Made by a program: the position numbers and the translations under genes. Under the pieces are notes generated by a model. The model saw nothing but the letters and a program-made list of their open reading frames with translations. It ran no database searches and was not told the origin of the DNA. A stretch of 64,000 nt of DNA from an uncultured Elusimicrobia bacterium. Its GTDB lineage: Bacteria; Elusimicrobiota; Elusimicrobia; 2-01-FULL-59-12. Below, one piece after another: positions 41,767 through 51,484 of this stretch (positions are counted from its first letter, which is position 1; the number at the start of each line of letters is the position of its first letter). The stretch spans positions 1,344,001-1,408,000 of the forward strand of contig OY969767.1 of NCBI GenBank assembly GCA_963702895.1, read 5' to 3'.

Positions 41767-43141
41767 GGGTGACCTCTTCGAGTTTCATACGTCGCGACGC
41801 TTTAAAGAGTATGGCGGTCTTGGTTTCATTTGCAAGGGCTTGCTGAAGGGCCTCGATCAGCTTCACTTTCTTCCGGTAGCGCTCGACAGCGCCTTTGAAA
41901 TGGGCCGCGAGGGCGCCTTCCTGAATATACCGGGCGTCTCGTCCATAAAGATACAGGCGCTCAAGCGGCCACGGGGCCAGCCACTGCCCAAGCTCCCGAT
42001 GTTCCTGCGGGGCCCCGGGCCCGAGTTCCCGCATATCGGAAAGCACCAACCACTTGGGGCGATCGGGGTAACTGCGGCAGAAGCTTTCGATCGAGGCCCT
42101 CATGGAAGAAGGGTTCGCGTTGTAAGCGTCATTGACCAGCGTGATCTGCGCGCGGGTCGTACGGACTTCCATACGCATCGCTGTCGACTTGAACTGTTGG
42201 AGTCCCCCGACGATCATGTCGGGCGAAATCCCAAGCGCATAGGCGAGCGCCGCCGCCGCAAGGGCATTTTGGACCTGAAGGACCCCGCTCACCTGAAGCA
42301 CGACAGGATAGGCGGCGGAGCCGAGCTTGAGCGTAAAACGCAGCGGCGAGGGATAGGCCACAATCGCTTCGGCTCTCACGTCCGCCTCAGGCGCAAGGCC
42401 ATACGTCACGACGCGGCGCGCCAGAGCCGGCCGGCATTCTTTTAAAAGAGGATCATCCAGGTTGATGACCGCGATGCCGTCGTGCGGGAGGGCGTCGAAG
42501 AGCTTGCGGTTTTCTCGCACGACACCTTGCGGGGTTTTAAAGGACTCCAAATGGTCCTTACCGACGTTGGTGATCAGAGCCACCTGAGGCCGGAGCAGAT
42601 CGGCCAGAAGATCCATATCGCCAGGCATGGAAGTTCCCAACTCCAGGAGGGCGTAACGGTGGTCCGGTTCCCACTCTGTGAGCATCAAAGGAAGACCGAT
42701 ATGATTGTTGAGGTTCCCGCGAGTGGAGAGCGTTTTTCCGGACCTTTGGAGGATGAGCGCCAGCATATCCTTCGTGGTGGTCTTGCCGTTGGAACCTGTG
42801 AGCCCGATAAAGAGCGTGTGGTCCGCTTGGCTCCTGACCATGCGCGCCGTGTCCTGGAGGGCCTTCAGTGTATGGCCCACCTGAATCACATGGGTGGTCC
42901 GGTCCACATCAAAGTCCAAACCCGCTTCCAAGCGATCGACCACGAGCGCCTGGGCCCGCTTGCGGGAGGCCACTTTCAGAAAGCGGTGTCCATCGAACCG
43001 GGGTCCGCGGAGCGCAAAGAAAATATCCCCGCTTTGAAGCGTTCGTGTGTCAATGGAGACTTTCCGGCAGGGCGTTTGGGGATAACCCAGTACGAGACGC
43101 CCGCCCGTGGCCTTGACGATCTCTTGCACGCACACGTTCAC
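41741..43141 (-). CDS. murF: MurF ligase
   Basis: TGSNGKTTTK, GNLNNHIGLP, NDAYNANPSSM, FKASR. Confidence 0.96.
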   Translation of the reverse strand: MNVCVQEIVKATGGRLVLGYPQTPCRKVSIDTRTLQSGDIFFALRGPRFDGHRFLKVASRKRAQALVVDRLEAGLDFDVDRTTHVIQVGHTLKALQDTARMVRSQADHTLFIGLTGSNGKTTTKDMLALILQRSGKTLSTRGNLNNHIGLPLMLTEWEPDHRYALLELGTSMPGDMDLLADLLRPQVALITNVGKDHLESFKTPQGVVRENRKLFDALPHDGIAVINLDDPLLKECRPALARRVVTYGLAPEADVRAEAIVAYPSPLRFTLKLGSAAYPVVLQVSGVLQVQNALAAAALAYALGISPDMIVGGLQQFKSTAMRMEVRTTRAQITLVNDAYNANPSSMRASIESFCRSYPDRPKWLVLSDMRELGPGAPQEHRELGQWLAPWPLERLYLYGRDARYIQEGALAAHFKGAVERYRKKVKLIEALQQALANETKTAILFKASRRMKLEEVTHALSSLSS

Positions 43142-44613
43142 GCGAGGGTCTCCAGGAGTTGGCGCACCACGAGCCGATCATCGAAAGGGACCGTTCGATC
43201 CGACAGAATCTGATAATTCTCGTGGCCTTTGCCGGCCACCAGCACCAGGTCCCCTTCGGTGGCAAGCGCAATGGCTTTCTGGAGGGCCTGTTCTCGGTCC
43301 AAAATGATTTCGTAGTGGTTCGACCGCACGCGGCGCACACCGACCTCCACGTCCAGAGCAATCCGACCAGGATCTTCACTGCGGGGATTGTCGGAGGTGA
43401 CGATGACTTCGTCACTCATCTGGGCAGCCGCCTCGCCCATCAACGGACGTTTCGCCCGATCTCGGTCCCCCCCACAGCCAAAGACGGTGATCAAACGCCG
43501 GGGATTGAGCTTGCGCAGGGCGGCCATCGCTTTCCGCAAGGCGTCTTCGGTATGAGCATAATCCACCACGACCGTAAATCCCCGCCGGGAGGGGATGCGC
43601 TCCATGCGCCCTGGAACCATCGACACCGTTTCAAGCCCTTCGACAATATCGGGGACGGCAAGGCCCTGAGACAAGGCCACCCCGGCGGCGGCGAGCGCGT
43701 TCATCACGTTATAGTCGCCCACCAGCGGCAGTCGCACAGGATGGTTGCCGCTCGGGGTGCAAAGGAGGAACCGGCTGCCCGTCGCCTCACAGACCAGGTC
43801 TTTCGTCGAGAGATCAGCGGGGCCGGTCAATCGGTAGAGAAGCTTGGGGACCCGGGCTGATCCGAACCCTTTCTGGACCCAAGGATCGTCGGCATTGAGG
43901 ACCGTGCACCGCGGAAAGGCCTTGGAGGATCGAGGTCCAATCGACGTAAAGAGCTTGGACTTTGCCGCGGCATAGGCCTCCATGGTCTTGTGGAAGTCCA
44001 GATGATCCTGGGTGAGATTGGTCAAGACCGCGACATCGAAATCGACGCCTTCCACGCGCGAGAGCTCCAATGCATGGGAGGAGACCTCCATGATACAGGC
44101 TTGGGCGCCCCGTTGGAGGATGTCGGACAAGAAACGCTGGACATCGCTCGCAAAAGGTGTGGTGTTCGGAGCCGGCATACTTTCATTTCCAAAACGGTAA
44201 TTGATGGTCCCGAGCACGCCTGTCGGCCACCCGACATGACGGAAGATGGATTCCACAAGATAGGACGTTGTCGTCTTCCCATTGGTTCCGGTAATGCCGA
44301 CCAGGCGAAGCTTGGACGAGGGGTTGTCCCAGAACCGGACGGAGACGTGCGCCAGGGCCTTGAGGGCGTTGGAAACCTGGACCCGCGTGACAGAACCCGG
44401 GACCACCTCTCCCTCCGCCAGAACAGCAGAAGCTCCCGCTTTCACCGCTCGATCGATGAAGGCCCGTCCATCCTGATGGACTCCCTGAAGGGCGACAAAG
44501 AGCGAGCCTTTCTTGATTTTCCTGGAGTCAAAAGCGATGTCCTCCACGCCAACCTGGGAGGACCCCCGCACATCACAGGGCAGGCCCTGAAGGAGAAATT
44601 CGAGGGTTTTCAT
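43138..44613 (-). CDS. murE: MurE ligase (meso-DAP type)
   Basis: TGTNGKTT, MEVSSH, DYAHT, DNPR, AGKGHE. Confidence 0.97.
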   Translation of the reverse strand: MKTLEFLLQGLPCDVRGSSQVGVEDIAFDSRKIKKGSLFVALQGVHQDGRAFIDRAVKAGASAVLAEGEVVPGSVTRVQVSNALKALAHVSVRFWDNPSSKLRLVGITGTNGKTTTSYLVESIFRHVGWPTGVLGTINYRFGNESMPAPNTTPFASDVQRFLSDILQRGAQACIMEVSSHALELSRVEGVDFDVAVLTNLTQDHLDFHKTMEAYAAAKSKLFTSIGPRSSKAFPRCTVLNADDPWVQKGFGSARVPKLLYRLTGPADLSTKDLVCEATGSRFLLCTPSGNHPVRLPLVGDYNVMNALAAAGVALSQGLAVPDIVEGLETVSMVPGRMERIPSRRGFTVVVDYAHTEDALRKAMAALRKLNPRRLITVFGCGGDRDRAKRPLMGEAAAQMSDEVIVTSDNPRSEDPGRIALDVEVGVRRVRSNHYEIILDREQALQKAIALATEGDLVLVAGKGHENYQILSDRTVPFDDRLVVRQLLETLA

Positions 44614-46349
44614 CAGCGACGGCCTATGATCCGGGCGGTGGCGACGGGGGCCAGCGATTCGGAGGGGATCTTGAGGTAAGGCGCCGCATGTTTCAGGATC
44701 CGCGAAAACAGTGGCGCGGCTTCGGAGCTGCCCCAATAGTTGACACGAGGCTCATCGAGGAAAACGCCGATCACCAGGCGCGGCCGATCGAGTGGAGCAA
44801 AACCGCAAAAGGAGGCGATATAGAGAGAGTCCGAATATTCGCGTGTGCGTGGGTCGATCTTTTGGGCCGTGCCTGTTTTTCCCGCCACGCGGAGCCCCTC
44901 GACATGGGCGGCCTTGCCGGTACCCTCTTCGACGACCGCTCTAAGGATCGAGCGCATGATGGCGGCTGTTTGTTGGGAAACGACCCGTCGAATGGGAGGG
45001 GCGGCCGTCCATTCCTGGTACTGGCCATGTTCATCGATGACGCCCTTGTAGAGACGCGGCTCGTAGAGCAGTCCGCCATTGGCAAGGGCACTGAAGGCAT
45101 TGACGATCTGAAGAGGGGTGGCACCGACTTCTTGGCCGAAAGCGATCGTCTCAAGACTGGAGAGGTGCCACTGCTGCGTGGGCCGAAGAATGCCAGCGCC
45201 ATCGCCCGGGAGACCGCATCCCGAAGGCATGCCGAAACCAAAAGCTCTTGAATAGCGATAGAGGGGGTGTTTCCCCAGCTTGCGGGCGATCTTGGCGGTA
45301 CCGATATTGGACGAGTGGCTGATCACTTCAGAAAACGTCAACCATCCATCCTTTTCATGGTCATGAATGGTTCGTCCGGGAATATCCCATTCGCCGTTTT
45401 CGCAGAAGAAATTGTCTTTGAGCGAAGCGGCACCTTCTTCCAGGGCGGCCGCCGCGGTGACAATTTTGAAGGTGGAGCCGGGCTCAAAGACATGCTCCAC
45501 CGCTGGGTTTTTCAGGTGCTCCGGACCATAATCGGAGGGCTGCAGGGGACTGCCCCAGACGTTGGGGTCAAAAGAAGGCGCCGTGGCCATCGCGAGGATT
45601 TCGCCGGTCTGCGGGTCCTGCACAATCACAGTCCCGCTTTTCGGGCGTGAGAGTTTCATTTGGTCGGCCAGTTCCTGCTCCACAATGGTTTGCAGGGTCC
45701 GGTCCAGCGTCAACACCACCGATTGGGGCGGCAGGTCCGGTTTCGTCGCCACCGGAGACTGGCGCTTCTTCGCGAAGGTCCATGACTTGAAGATCGTGGG
45801 TGTCCCTTGACGGCTGAGCCACCGCTCCGTCATGAGCTCGACACCGGAGAGCCCTTTTTGGTTGTCGCCCACAATACCCAGGACATGCGCGGCCAGCGAC
45901 TCCTCGGGATAGAAACGTTTCGTGTCCGAAGCGACGCTGATGCCGGGGCGTTTGAGGGATTTTATTTTGATGGCCGTGTCCGGATCGAGTCGCCGGGCGA
46001 GCCACACAAAGCGCTTGCGCTGGGTGAGCTTCTGATAAAGGACCTCGAACTTCTCCTGGAGGAGCGGCGCCAAGATTTTCGCGGTCTCCAGGGGGTCCGT
46101 CACCCGGGCAGGGTCGGCATAGCAGGCCCCGCCGTGCAGGCTCATGGCCAGCGTCGCTCCGTTCCTGTCGAGGATCGCGCCTCGTGGGATGATTTCTTGC
46201 AGACGCTGGGCGCGCGTATTTTCACGATCGACGCGCTTCTGGAGCGACGCGTGGCAATAGATCTGAAGATAACCCAGGCGCAGCGCGACAAAGGCGAAGA
46301 ACGCGAGGGACGCGACGCGCGTCATCCAGAGCCTGGTATTTCGGATCAT
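44613..46349 (-). CDS. ftsI: Class B penicillin-binding protein FtsI
   Basis: PRGAILDRNG, EPGSTFK, SSN, GKTGTAQ. Confidence 0.95.
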   Translation of the reverse strand: MIRNTRLWMTRVASLAFFAFVALRLGYLQIYCHASLQKRVDRENTRAQRLQEIIPRGAILDRNGATLAMSLHGGACYADPARVTDPLETAKILAPLLQEKFEVLYQKLTQRKRFVWLARRLDPDTAIKIKSLKRPGISVASDTKRFYPEESLAAHVLGIVGDNQKGLSGVELMTERWLSRQGTPTIFKSWTFAKKRQSPVATKPDLPPQSVVLTLDRTLQTIVEQELADQMKLSRPKSGTVIVQDPQTGEILAMATAPSFDPNVWGSPLQPSDYGPEHLKNPAVEHVFEPGSTFKIVTAAAALEEGAASLKDNFFCENGEWDIPGRTIHDHEKDGWLTFSEVISHSSNIGTAKIARKLGKHPLYRYSRAFGFGMPSGCGLPGDGAGILRPTQQWHLSSLETIAFGQEVGATPLQIVNAFSALANGGLLYEPRLYKGVIDEHGQYQEWTAAPPIRRVVSQQTAAIMRSILRAVVEEGTGKAAHVEGLRVAGKTGTAQKIDPRTREYSDSLYIASFCGFAPLDRPRLVIGVFLDEPRVNYWGSSEAAPLFSRILKHAAPYLKIPSESLAPVATARIIGRR

Positions 46350-46627
46350 AGCTGTATGCCGATGCGCCGCGTCGCGGGCAAGGGGCCCATGGACCGTTCC
46401 TTCGCGACCGCGTCTAAGCGGCTGGGTGAGACGGCCTGATGGATTTGTGTTTGCCGAAGGCCGTTTTGATAAGTCAACCGGTCCACTTCAGCGCGCATGC
46501 TGGACAGATGTCTTCCCAGACGCTGCGCCTGGACATGTTCCCACACCCTCAGCATGAGCACGGCCAGGACGAGGACGCAGAGTTGGACCCACTTCTTCAT
46601 GTTCTCCCTGTCTCGCGCGTTCTTCAT
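46346..46627 (-). CDS. ftsL: FtsL-like cell division protein
   Basis: Single TM plus coiled coil and SPSRLDAVAK, lying between rsmH and ftsI. Confidence 0.75.
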   Translation of the reverse strand: MKNARDRENMKKWVQLCVLVLAVLMLRVWEHVQAQRLGRHLSSMRAEVDRLTYQNGLRQTQIHQAVSPSRLDAVAKERSMGPLPATRRIGIQL

Positions 46628-47559
46628 AAGTGTTCCAACGCCCTGAGCTTCGCGCTGCGGGACCGGGGGTTCGTCTGGACCTCCGTCTCGCTGGGGCGCA
46701 CGGGCTTTCTTTGCAAAAGTCTGCCCCAAGGCTTCCGGTGACACACACATTGAGGAAACCTCGGCGGGCATACACAGCCCTTGACCGCGGCTTGAAAGGC
46801 GGTCTTGACGCGACGGTCCTCCAAAGAGTGGAACGAGATCACCGCCGCTCGCCCCCCGGGAGCCAAATGCTGTTCAAGGCCGTCCAGAGCGGATTGCAGA
46901 TTGGCGAGTTCGCCGTTCACCGCGATACGCAGGGCCTGGAAGCACCGGGTGGCAGGATCCATTCGTTGCAGCGGCGTTGACGTGGTCTTGCGGATGAGCT
47001 CCGCCACCTTCCAAGCGTCATTGCTCAGCGTATGATTTCGGATCGCCTGCGTCAGCGCACGCGCGATCTTTCGCGCCTGGGGTTCTTCCCCATACTCGCG
47101 GAACAACCGCGCGAGCTCCTCTTCGGAGGAATGCGTCAAGACTTGCCAGGCGGTCTGTGTCAAAGACTGGCTCATCCGCATGTCCAGCGGCCCCGGACGC
47201 AGGAAACTAAAGCCCCGGTCCGAGTCCTGGAGCTGCATGGAGGAGAGCCCCAAGTCCAGAAGGATCCCGTCGGCTGTCTCACGACCCCTCTGAGACAGAA
47301 CAGACGGGAACTGGGCATAACTGGCCGCGACCCCTTCGAAGCGTTCGCCAAAACGGGCAAGACGCGTGGTGGCATGGTCCAGGGCCTCGGTGTCCCATTC
47401 AAGGCCCAAGACCTTCATACCCGGGTAGCGCTCCAAGAGCCTTTCGGAATGCCCCCCCAGACCCAACGTCCCATCGATCACCAACGCGGGACCCGGAAAC
47501 GAAAAAAGCTCAACGACCTCCTCCGCCAGGACGGGGACGTGCTCGTGGACCACGCTCAC
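46624..47559 (-). CDS. rsmH: 16S rRNA C1402 methyltransferase
   Basis: HVPVL, DGTLGLGGHS, DLGLSSMQL, FQALRIAVN, NPRSRSAKLR. Confidence 0.98.
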   Translation of the reverse strand: MSVVHEHVPVLAEEVVELFSFPGPALVIDGTLGLGGHSERLLERYPGMKVLGLEWDTEALDHATTRLARFGERFEGVAASYAQFPSVLSQRGRETADGILLDLGLSSMQLQDSDRGFSFLRPGPLDMRMSQSLTQTAWQVLTHSSEEELARLFREYGEEPQARKIARALTQAIRNHTLSNDAWKVAELIRKTTSTPLQRMDPATRCFQALRIAVNGELANLQSALDGLEQHLAPGGRAAVISFHSLEDRRVKTAFQAAVKGCVCPPRFPQCVCHRKPWGRLLQRKPVRPSETEVQTNPRSRSAKLRALEHL

Positions 47560-48005
47560 AGCGCCAGTTGCGGTGCGACTTTTTCGAAACTGACTCGCGC
47601 CACTTTGCTGTAACGGCTCCAGTGTTCCCGGGACCACAATTCGACGTGTCGTAAAACCCCCAAAATGACCACCTGGCGCTTCAGGCCGGCATAGTCCTTT
47701 AAATGCTGAGGGATCAGAATCCGGCCTTGCGCATCGATCTCGGCTTCACAGGCCGCGGAAAGCAGCACCCGCTTAAACGCGCGCTCCTGCGCTTTGTCCT
47801 TCAAGGCAAGCGCGTCCAGTTTCGCGGCCAGGTGGTCCCAATATTTTATCGGAAAAAGAAACAAACACCGCTCCAGGCCCTGGGTCAGCACGTAATCGGC
47901 GCCATGGGATTTTTCGCGGAAATGCGACGGAAGAAAAAGCCTGTTTTTGCCGTCCAGGCCGTGCTCGTACTGCCCGAGGTAACGATAGACTCTACTTTCC
48001 ACCAC
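47556..48005 (-). CDS. mraZ: Transcriptional regulator MraZ
   Basis: G.YEH.LDGKNRL.LP, D.QGRILIP; first gene of the dcw cluster. Confidence 0.95.
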   Translation of the reverse strand: MVESRVYRYLGQYEHGLDGKNRLFLPSHFREKSHGADYVLTQGLERCLFLFPIKYWDHLAAKLDALALKDKAQERAFKRVLLSAACEAEIDAQGRILIPQHLKDYAGLKRQVVILGVLRHVELWSREHWSRYSKVARVSFEKVAPQLAL

Positions 48006-48052
48006 TTTTCCCCACTGGGCTCTAGTATACCCCCCGAGGGAGTTTCTGTCAA
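47990..48052 (-). promoter_or_regulatory. dcw promoter and MraZ boxes
   Basis: TTGACA-17-TATACT (48052-48024), then GTGGGGAAAA GTGGTGGAAA GTAGAG at 10-bp spacing overlapping the GTG start. Confidence 0.8.
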
Positions 48053-48094
48053 CGGCCCCGGCGCGTGCCAGAGGTGATCACGCGCCACACGGCA

Positions 48095-48128
48095 GAAAGG
48101 CCTCCCACCGTGGAGGGTGGAAGGCCTT
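48095..48128 (-). terminator. Probable terminator after rnpB
   Basis: AAGGCCTTCCACC-loop-GGTGGGAGGCCTT followed by only a short T tract. Confidence 0.55.
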
Positions 48129-48137
48129 AAGGAAAGT

Positions 48138-48970
48138 GAAAGCTGCATTCTATACACCGAATTCTGTACGGCAACGGCAAACGTCGTAAATGGTAAATGG
48201 TGAAGGAGGAATGGTGAAGAGTTCGATAGAACATAACGATTCACCATTTTCTATTTACTATTTACGCCGTCTGCCGTCACCGTCGAGCGCCATTCTTCTG
48301 GGCGACGACCTCGAGTGCGGACGAGCCGGGACCAGCTCTCCTCGAACCCCGGGAACGGCAAACGTCGAAAATAGAAAATGGAAAATAGCACTTTCTCATC
48401 TCTCTATTTTCGATTCTCTATTTTCGCCGTATGCCGTTCCCGGCATCTTGCTCCGGATGGGGTTTGCCTTGCTCCCTTCGTTACCTCAGGGACGGTGAGC
48501 TCTTACCTCGCCATTTCACCCTTACCCGTCACGACCAACTCAGGGTTCAGAGCTCAGAACTCAGAGAGGGCGATGGTTTTATAAGAATCATCCTTATCTC
48601 TGAGCTCTGAGTCCTGAATTCTGAGCTGGCCGTTCCAGGCGGTGTATTTTCTGTGGCACTTTCCGTTGAGAACGGCAAACGTCGTAAATAGTAAATGGTG
48701 AATCGTGAACAGTATTTGCGCATGCTCCTACTCACTATTTTCTATTTACTATTTACGCCGTCTGCCGTTCCCCCCCTGGCTTGCGCCAGGCATCCTGCCC
48801 ATGGAGTTCGGACTTTCCTCCCACCTCCGCTCATTCTTGCGCTTCGCGCGGCGATGAGCTACGGTGGGCAAGCCCCCCCTATAAAAAAGGGGCCTGCCCG
48901 CCATAGCTCTGCCGCAGCGCGTTAGCGCTAAGAGCGGGCGGAGGCGGGCGGCGCTCCGAATGCAGCTTTC
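48138..48970 (-). ncRNA. rnpB: RNase P RNA (type A-like), expanded to 833 nt
   Basis: 13-bp P1; GAGGAAAGUCCGAACUCC, GGAAAGUGCCACAGAAAA, GGUAAGGGUGAAA, GGCAAACCCCAUCCGGAGCAAG, AGAAGAAUG, ACAGAAUUCGGUGUAU in canonical order. Confidence 0.95.
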
Positions 48971-48990
48971 AAAGAGCGAACAACAAAAGC

Positions 48991-49707
48991 TTAAGCAGCC
49001 GGGACTTCTTCGAGATAAACGATGCGCGAGCAGGACTCGCAGCTGACGATCTTATGGCCGCGGCGCAATTCAACGATCAGGTTTTGTGAGACCTTCATGT
49101 GGCAGCCGGAACATTGCCCTTTGAGAATCGGGACCACCGTGGCCCCGCGCTTGCCGTTGCGCAGCGTGGAATACTGGTGGGCCAGGGGCTTCGCGAGGGA
49201 GGCCAGCGCCTGCGCGCGCTCGGCTTGCTTGGCCGCGATGGTTTTTTCGAGCTCTTTGCCCCTGGCTTCCCATTCCAAAATCTGTTGCTGGAGCGTTGTT
49301 TCGTGACCTTGGGAGTCCGCCTCTTTTTGCTTCCAGACTTTGGTCGCCTGGTCGATCTGCTCCATCAGCTGCAAAATTTGGTCTTCGAGCGACGATTTGA
49401 CCTGCTTGGCTTTATCAATCTCGCCAAGCAAGGCTTTATAGGCTTCGTTGGTTTTGATGGCATTCAGGTCCGTCGAATGCTTACGAATGGCCGTTTCCTG
49501 GACGTCCAGGTCCAGCTCCTTCTGCTTCTTCGTGAGCTGAAACTGGTTCAGCTCTTTCTTCGCAGACTCCAGCGCCGTTTTCTCTGCCTGGATCTCCCCC
49601 TTTAAGCCGGCGACCCTGCCAGGGACTGACGCCAGTTCATTTTGAAGCCGGTCCAACTCGAGATCCCTTTCCTGTAGGGACAAGAGCAACTTGATGTCGT
49701 CTTTCAT
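48991..49707 (-). CDS. Coiled-coil C4 zinc-ribbon protein (DUF164/CT398-like)
   Basis: LL.LQE.D start, long coiled coil, CSGC..CESC.RIVY. Confidence 0.9.
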   Translation of the reverse strand: MKDDIKLLLSLQERDLELDRLQNELASVPGRVAGLKGEIQAEKTALESAKKELNQFQLTKKQKELDLDVQETAIRKHSTDLNAIKTNEAYKALLGEIDKAKQVKSSLEDQILQLMEQIDQATKVWKQKEADSQGHETTLQQQILEWEARGKELEKTIAAKQAERAQALASLAKPLAHQYSTLRNGKRGATVVPILKGQCSGCHMKVSQNLIVELRRGHKIVSCESCSRIVYLEEVPAA

Positions 49708-49804
49708 TGAGGGATGTCATTTTATCTTATCACCCGCGCCATCACCAGCCCCGGAAGCGGGGTGGGGAGTTGGAGACATTCCCCAAGTTATGCATAATTC
49801 GCCC

Positions 49805-50551
49805 ATGAGCATGGTCTTTCTGTTCTGGCTGAGCGCCCTTTATACCCTGGCTCTCTTTAGCGCACAGTTCGCCGAATTTCTTACCGCGGGTCGACTTCAC
49901 GTTCAGCTTGCCACAGCCAATGCTCTGTATCTTGCTCTTCTATCAACCTATGTCGGAGGAAAAGAGATCAAACGCTGGACGGTCGGCTTCAAACCCAATG
50001 AACAAGGCGTGTCCACAGAGCAGGGTCAGCGTGCTCCCTTTCGGCTTAAAGGCGAATGGTTTGTGGGGCTTTGGGTTCTTTTTCTGCTCGCCGCCAATCT
50101 GGGGTCGGAGATCTGGCCCGCACGATTTGCCTACCCCAAAGGATTGACCCTCATTGCGTTTGAAGTCCTGGGGTTTTATATCGGCTCCAGCGCCTCCCGC
50201 TGGCTGAACGACCGGATCGAGGAAAGGGCGCATGTGGAGCTTGAGCAACAGCTCGAGGCCGAAAGCGGGAAGGGAAATGCGCGATCCGCATCTTCCGTAT
50301 CTCCCGTCACAAGCCCACGCCTCAACCGTAAGCGTCTACGCTACGAGAAAGCGATCCTTGAAGCGGTACACCGCAAAGGAGGCCTGCGGCGCCAAGAGAT
50401 CGAAGCGCTTCTTGGACTTTCGCGGGCGGCTTCCTTGCGCATTATCGGCCATCTCATGGAGAAAGGTTTGCTCAAGCGTACCGGCGAGCCGGGCGACCCC
50501 GACACGTTGTATCAAGCTGATTCAGATCTCCATCCAGCTGCTCGTTTTTAG
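49805..50551 (+). CDS. 4-TM membrane protein with C-terminal winged HTH
   Basis: Four hydrophobic helices, then ILEAV..GGLRRQEIEALLGLSRAASLRII..LMEKGLLKRTG..T.Y; candidate promoter TTGGAG-17-CATAAT ends at 49798. Confidence 0.75.
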   Translation: MSMVFLFWLSALYTLALFSAQFAEFLTAGRLHVQLATANALYLALLSTYVGGKEIKRWTVGFKPNEQGVSTEQGQRAPFRLKGEWFVGLWVLFLLAANLGSEIWPARFAYPKGLTLIAFEVLGFYIGSSASRWLNDRIEERAHVELEQQLEAESGKGNARSASSVSPVTSPRLNRKRLRYEKAILEAVHRKGGLRRQEIEALLGLSRAASLRIIGHLMEKGLLKRTGEPGDPDTLYQADSDLHPAARF

Positions 50552-50741
50552 CCCAACCTGCTCACTTTTTCAGTTGAAGCTGCTCGTTTTGGAAGGCCAA
50601 CCTGCTCACTTTTCGAGGAAGCTGCTCACTTTTTTGAGCTGAAGCTGCTCGTTTTAGAAGTCCAAGCTGCTCGTTTTTCGAGGAAGCTGCTCACTTTTTT
50701 GAGCTGAAGCTGCTCGTTTTCAGAGGGGACCTGCTCACTTC
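50535..50741. repeat. Ten phased direct repeats AA(G/C)CTGCTC(GT/AC)TTT
   Basis: CTGCTC at 50538, 50558, 50580, 50602, 50622, 50645, 50667, 50687, 50710, 50731. Confidence 0.95.
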
Positions 50742-50772
50742 TCGCGGAGGGCGTCGTGGGGACGGCGCATCG

Positions 50773-50860
50773 TGGGGCGTAGAGGATTCGAGCGCCACAC
50801 AACAGGCGCTCGCCCGCCGGTCCTGTGGCGGGCGAACCTCTGGCTTCCATCGTGTGAGGA
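50773..50860 (-). pseudogene. tRNA-Val(CAC) 3' relic with T-loop insertion
   Basis: TCCTCACACGA..AGAGG TTCG[insert]AAT CCTCT ACGCCCCA. Confidence 0.7.
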
Positions 50861-50894
50861 CGTTCGCCCTGAACGATTGAGAACCATGCCAAAG

Positions 50895-50969
50895 TGGTGG
50901 GCGCTACAGGATTCGAACCTGTGACCCCTGTCGTGTGAGGACAGTGCTCTACCGCTGAGCTAAGCACCC
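50895..50969 (-). tRNA. tRNA-Val(CAC)
   Basis: Full cloverleaf GGGTGCT..CTGTC CTCACAC GACAG..GGTTCGAATCC..AGCGCCC ACCA. Confidence 0.97.
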
Positions 50970-51074
50970 AAATTGATTCTCAATCACCGTTTGATGACAA
51001 TGAGCATTCAGGGCGAACGCTCCCGCCTACGACTTGCGGGACCAACACGCTATAAGGAATTATGGAAGCACACG

Positions 51075-51175
51075 TCTACCGCTGTCCCGTCCAATATTTG
51101 AGACCGCCTCTGGCGGGCAGGATCGTCGGGGCAATCCCAACTCGATCGCTCGACGAGGCGATCTCAAACAATAGT
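51075..51175. repeat. Unknown structured repeat, copy 1
   Basis: 18/18 block TCTACCGCTGTCCCGTCC and a 23/26 block shared with 52235-52313. Confidence 0.75.
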
Positions 51176-51484
51176 AGTGTTGTTGCTTTCAACTCCAATG
51201 CTTGTGAAGGCGTATTTTACTTAATAAAGAGAAATGTAAATGGATAACGTGACCAGAGCGGCCAATGTTTCAACGAGTTGCATACGAAGGAATTATCATT
51301 TTCGTCGGGAGGAAAGACCCTCCCGGAGTATGGAAATAAGTGTATTTGATACGTGTTACAGGGAGACTTCTTCATTGAAACAAGAACGTAAATTATAGTC
51401 CCAGCCCTAACGCCGACAGACTTCTATTTTTCGTGGGTATTATGCTCAAACTAAATAGTACCGTCGAAGTCCCTTTGAGCAGGG

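Noticed and set aside
136..47613. Long plus-strand ORFs opposite housekeeping genes (e.g. 7527-8552, 14360-15409, 24611-25579)
   Set aside because: Antisense shadows expected in GC-rich coding DNA, with no recognisable motifs
48190..48925. Small ORFs between mraZ and the zinc-ribbon gene
   Set aside because: They lie inside rnpB and are translations of heptamer repeats
50535..50741. Mini-CRISPR, or ORF 50626-50967
   Set aside because: The core is about 14 bp with 6-9 bp gaps that themselves repeat; the ORF overlaps a tRNA and the array
51062..51480. 61-aa ORF or integron gene cassette
   Set aside because: The ORF overlaps the structured repeat, I found no clear RYYYAAC/GTTRRRY attC pair, and there is no integrase in the window
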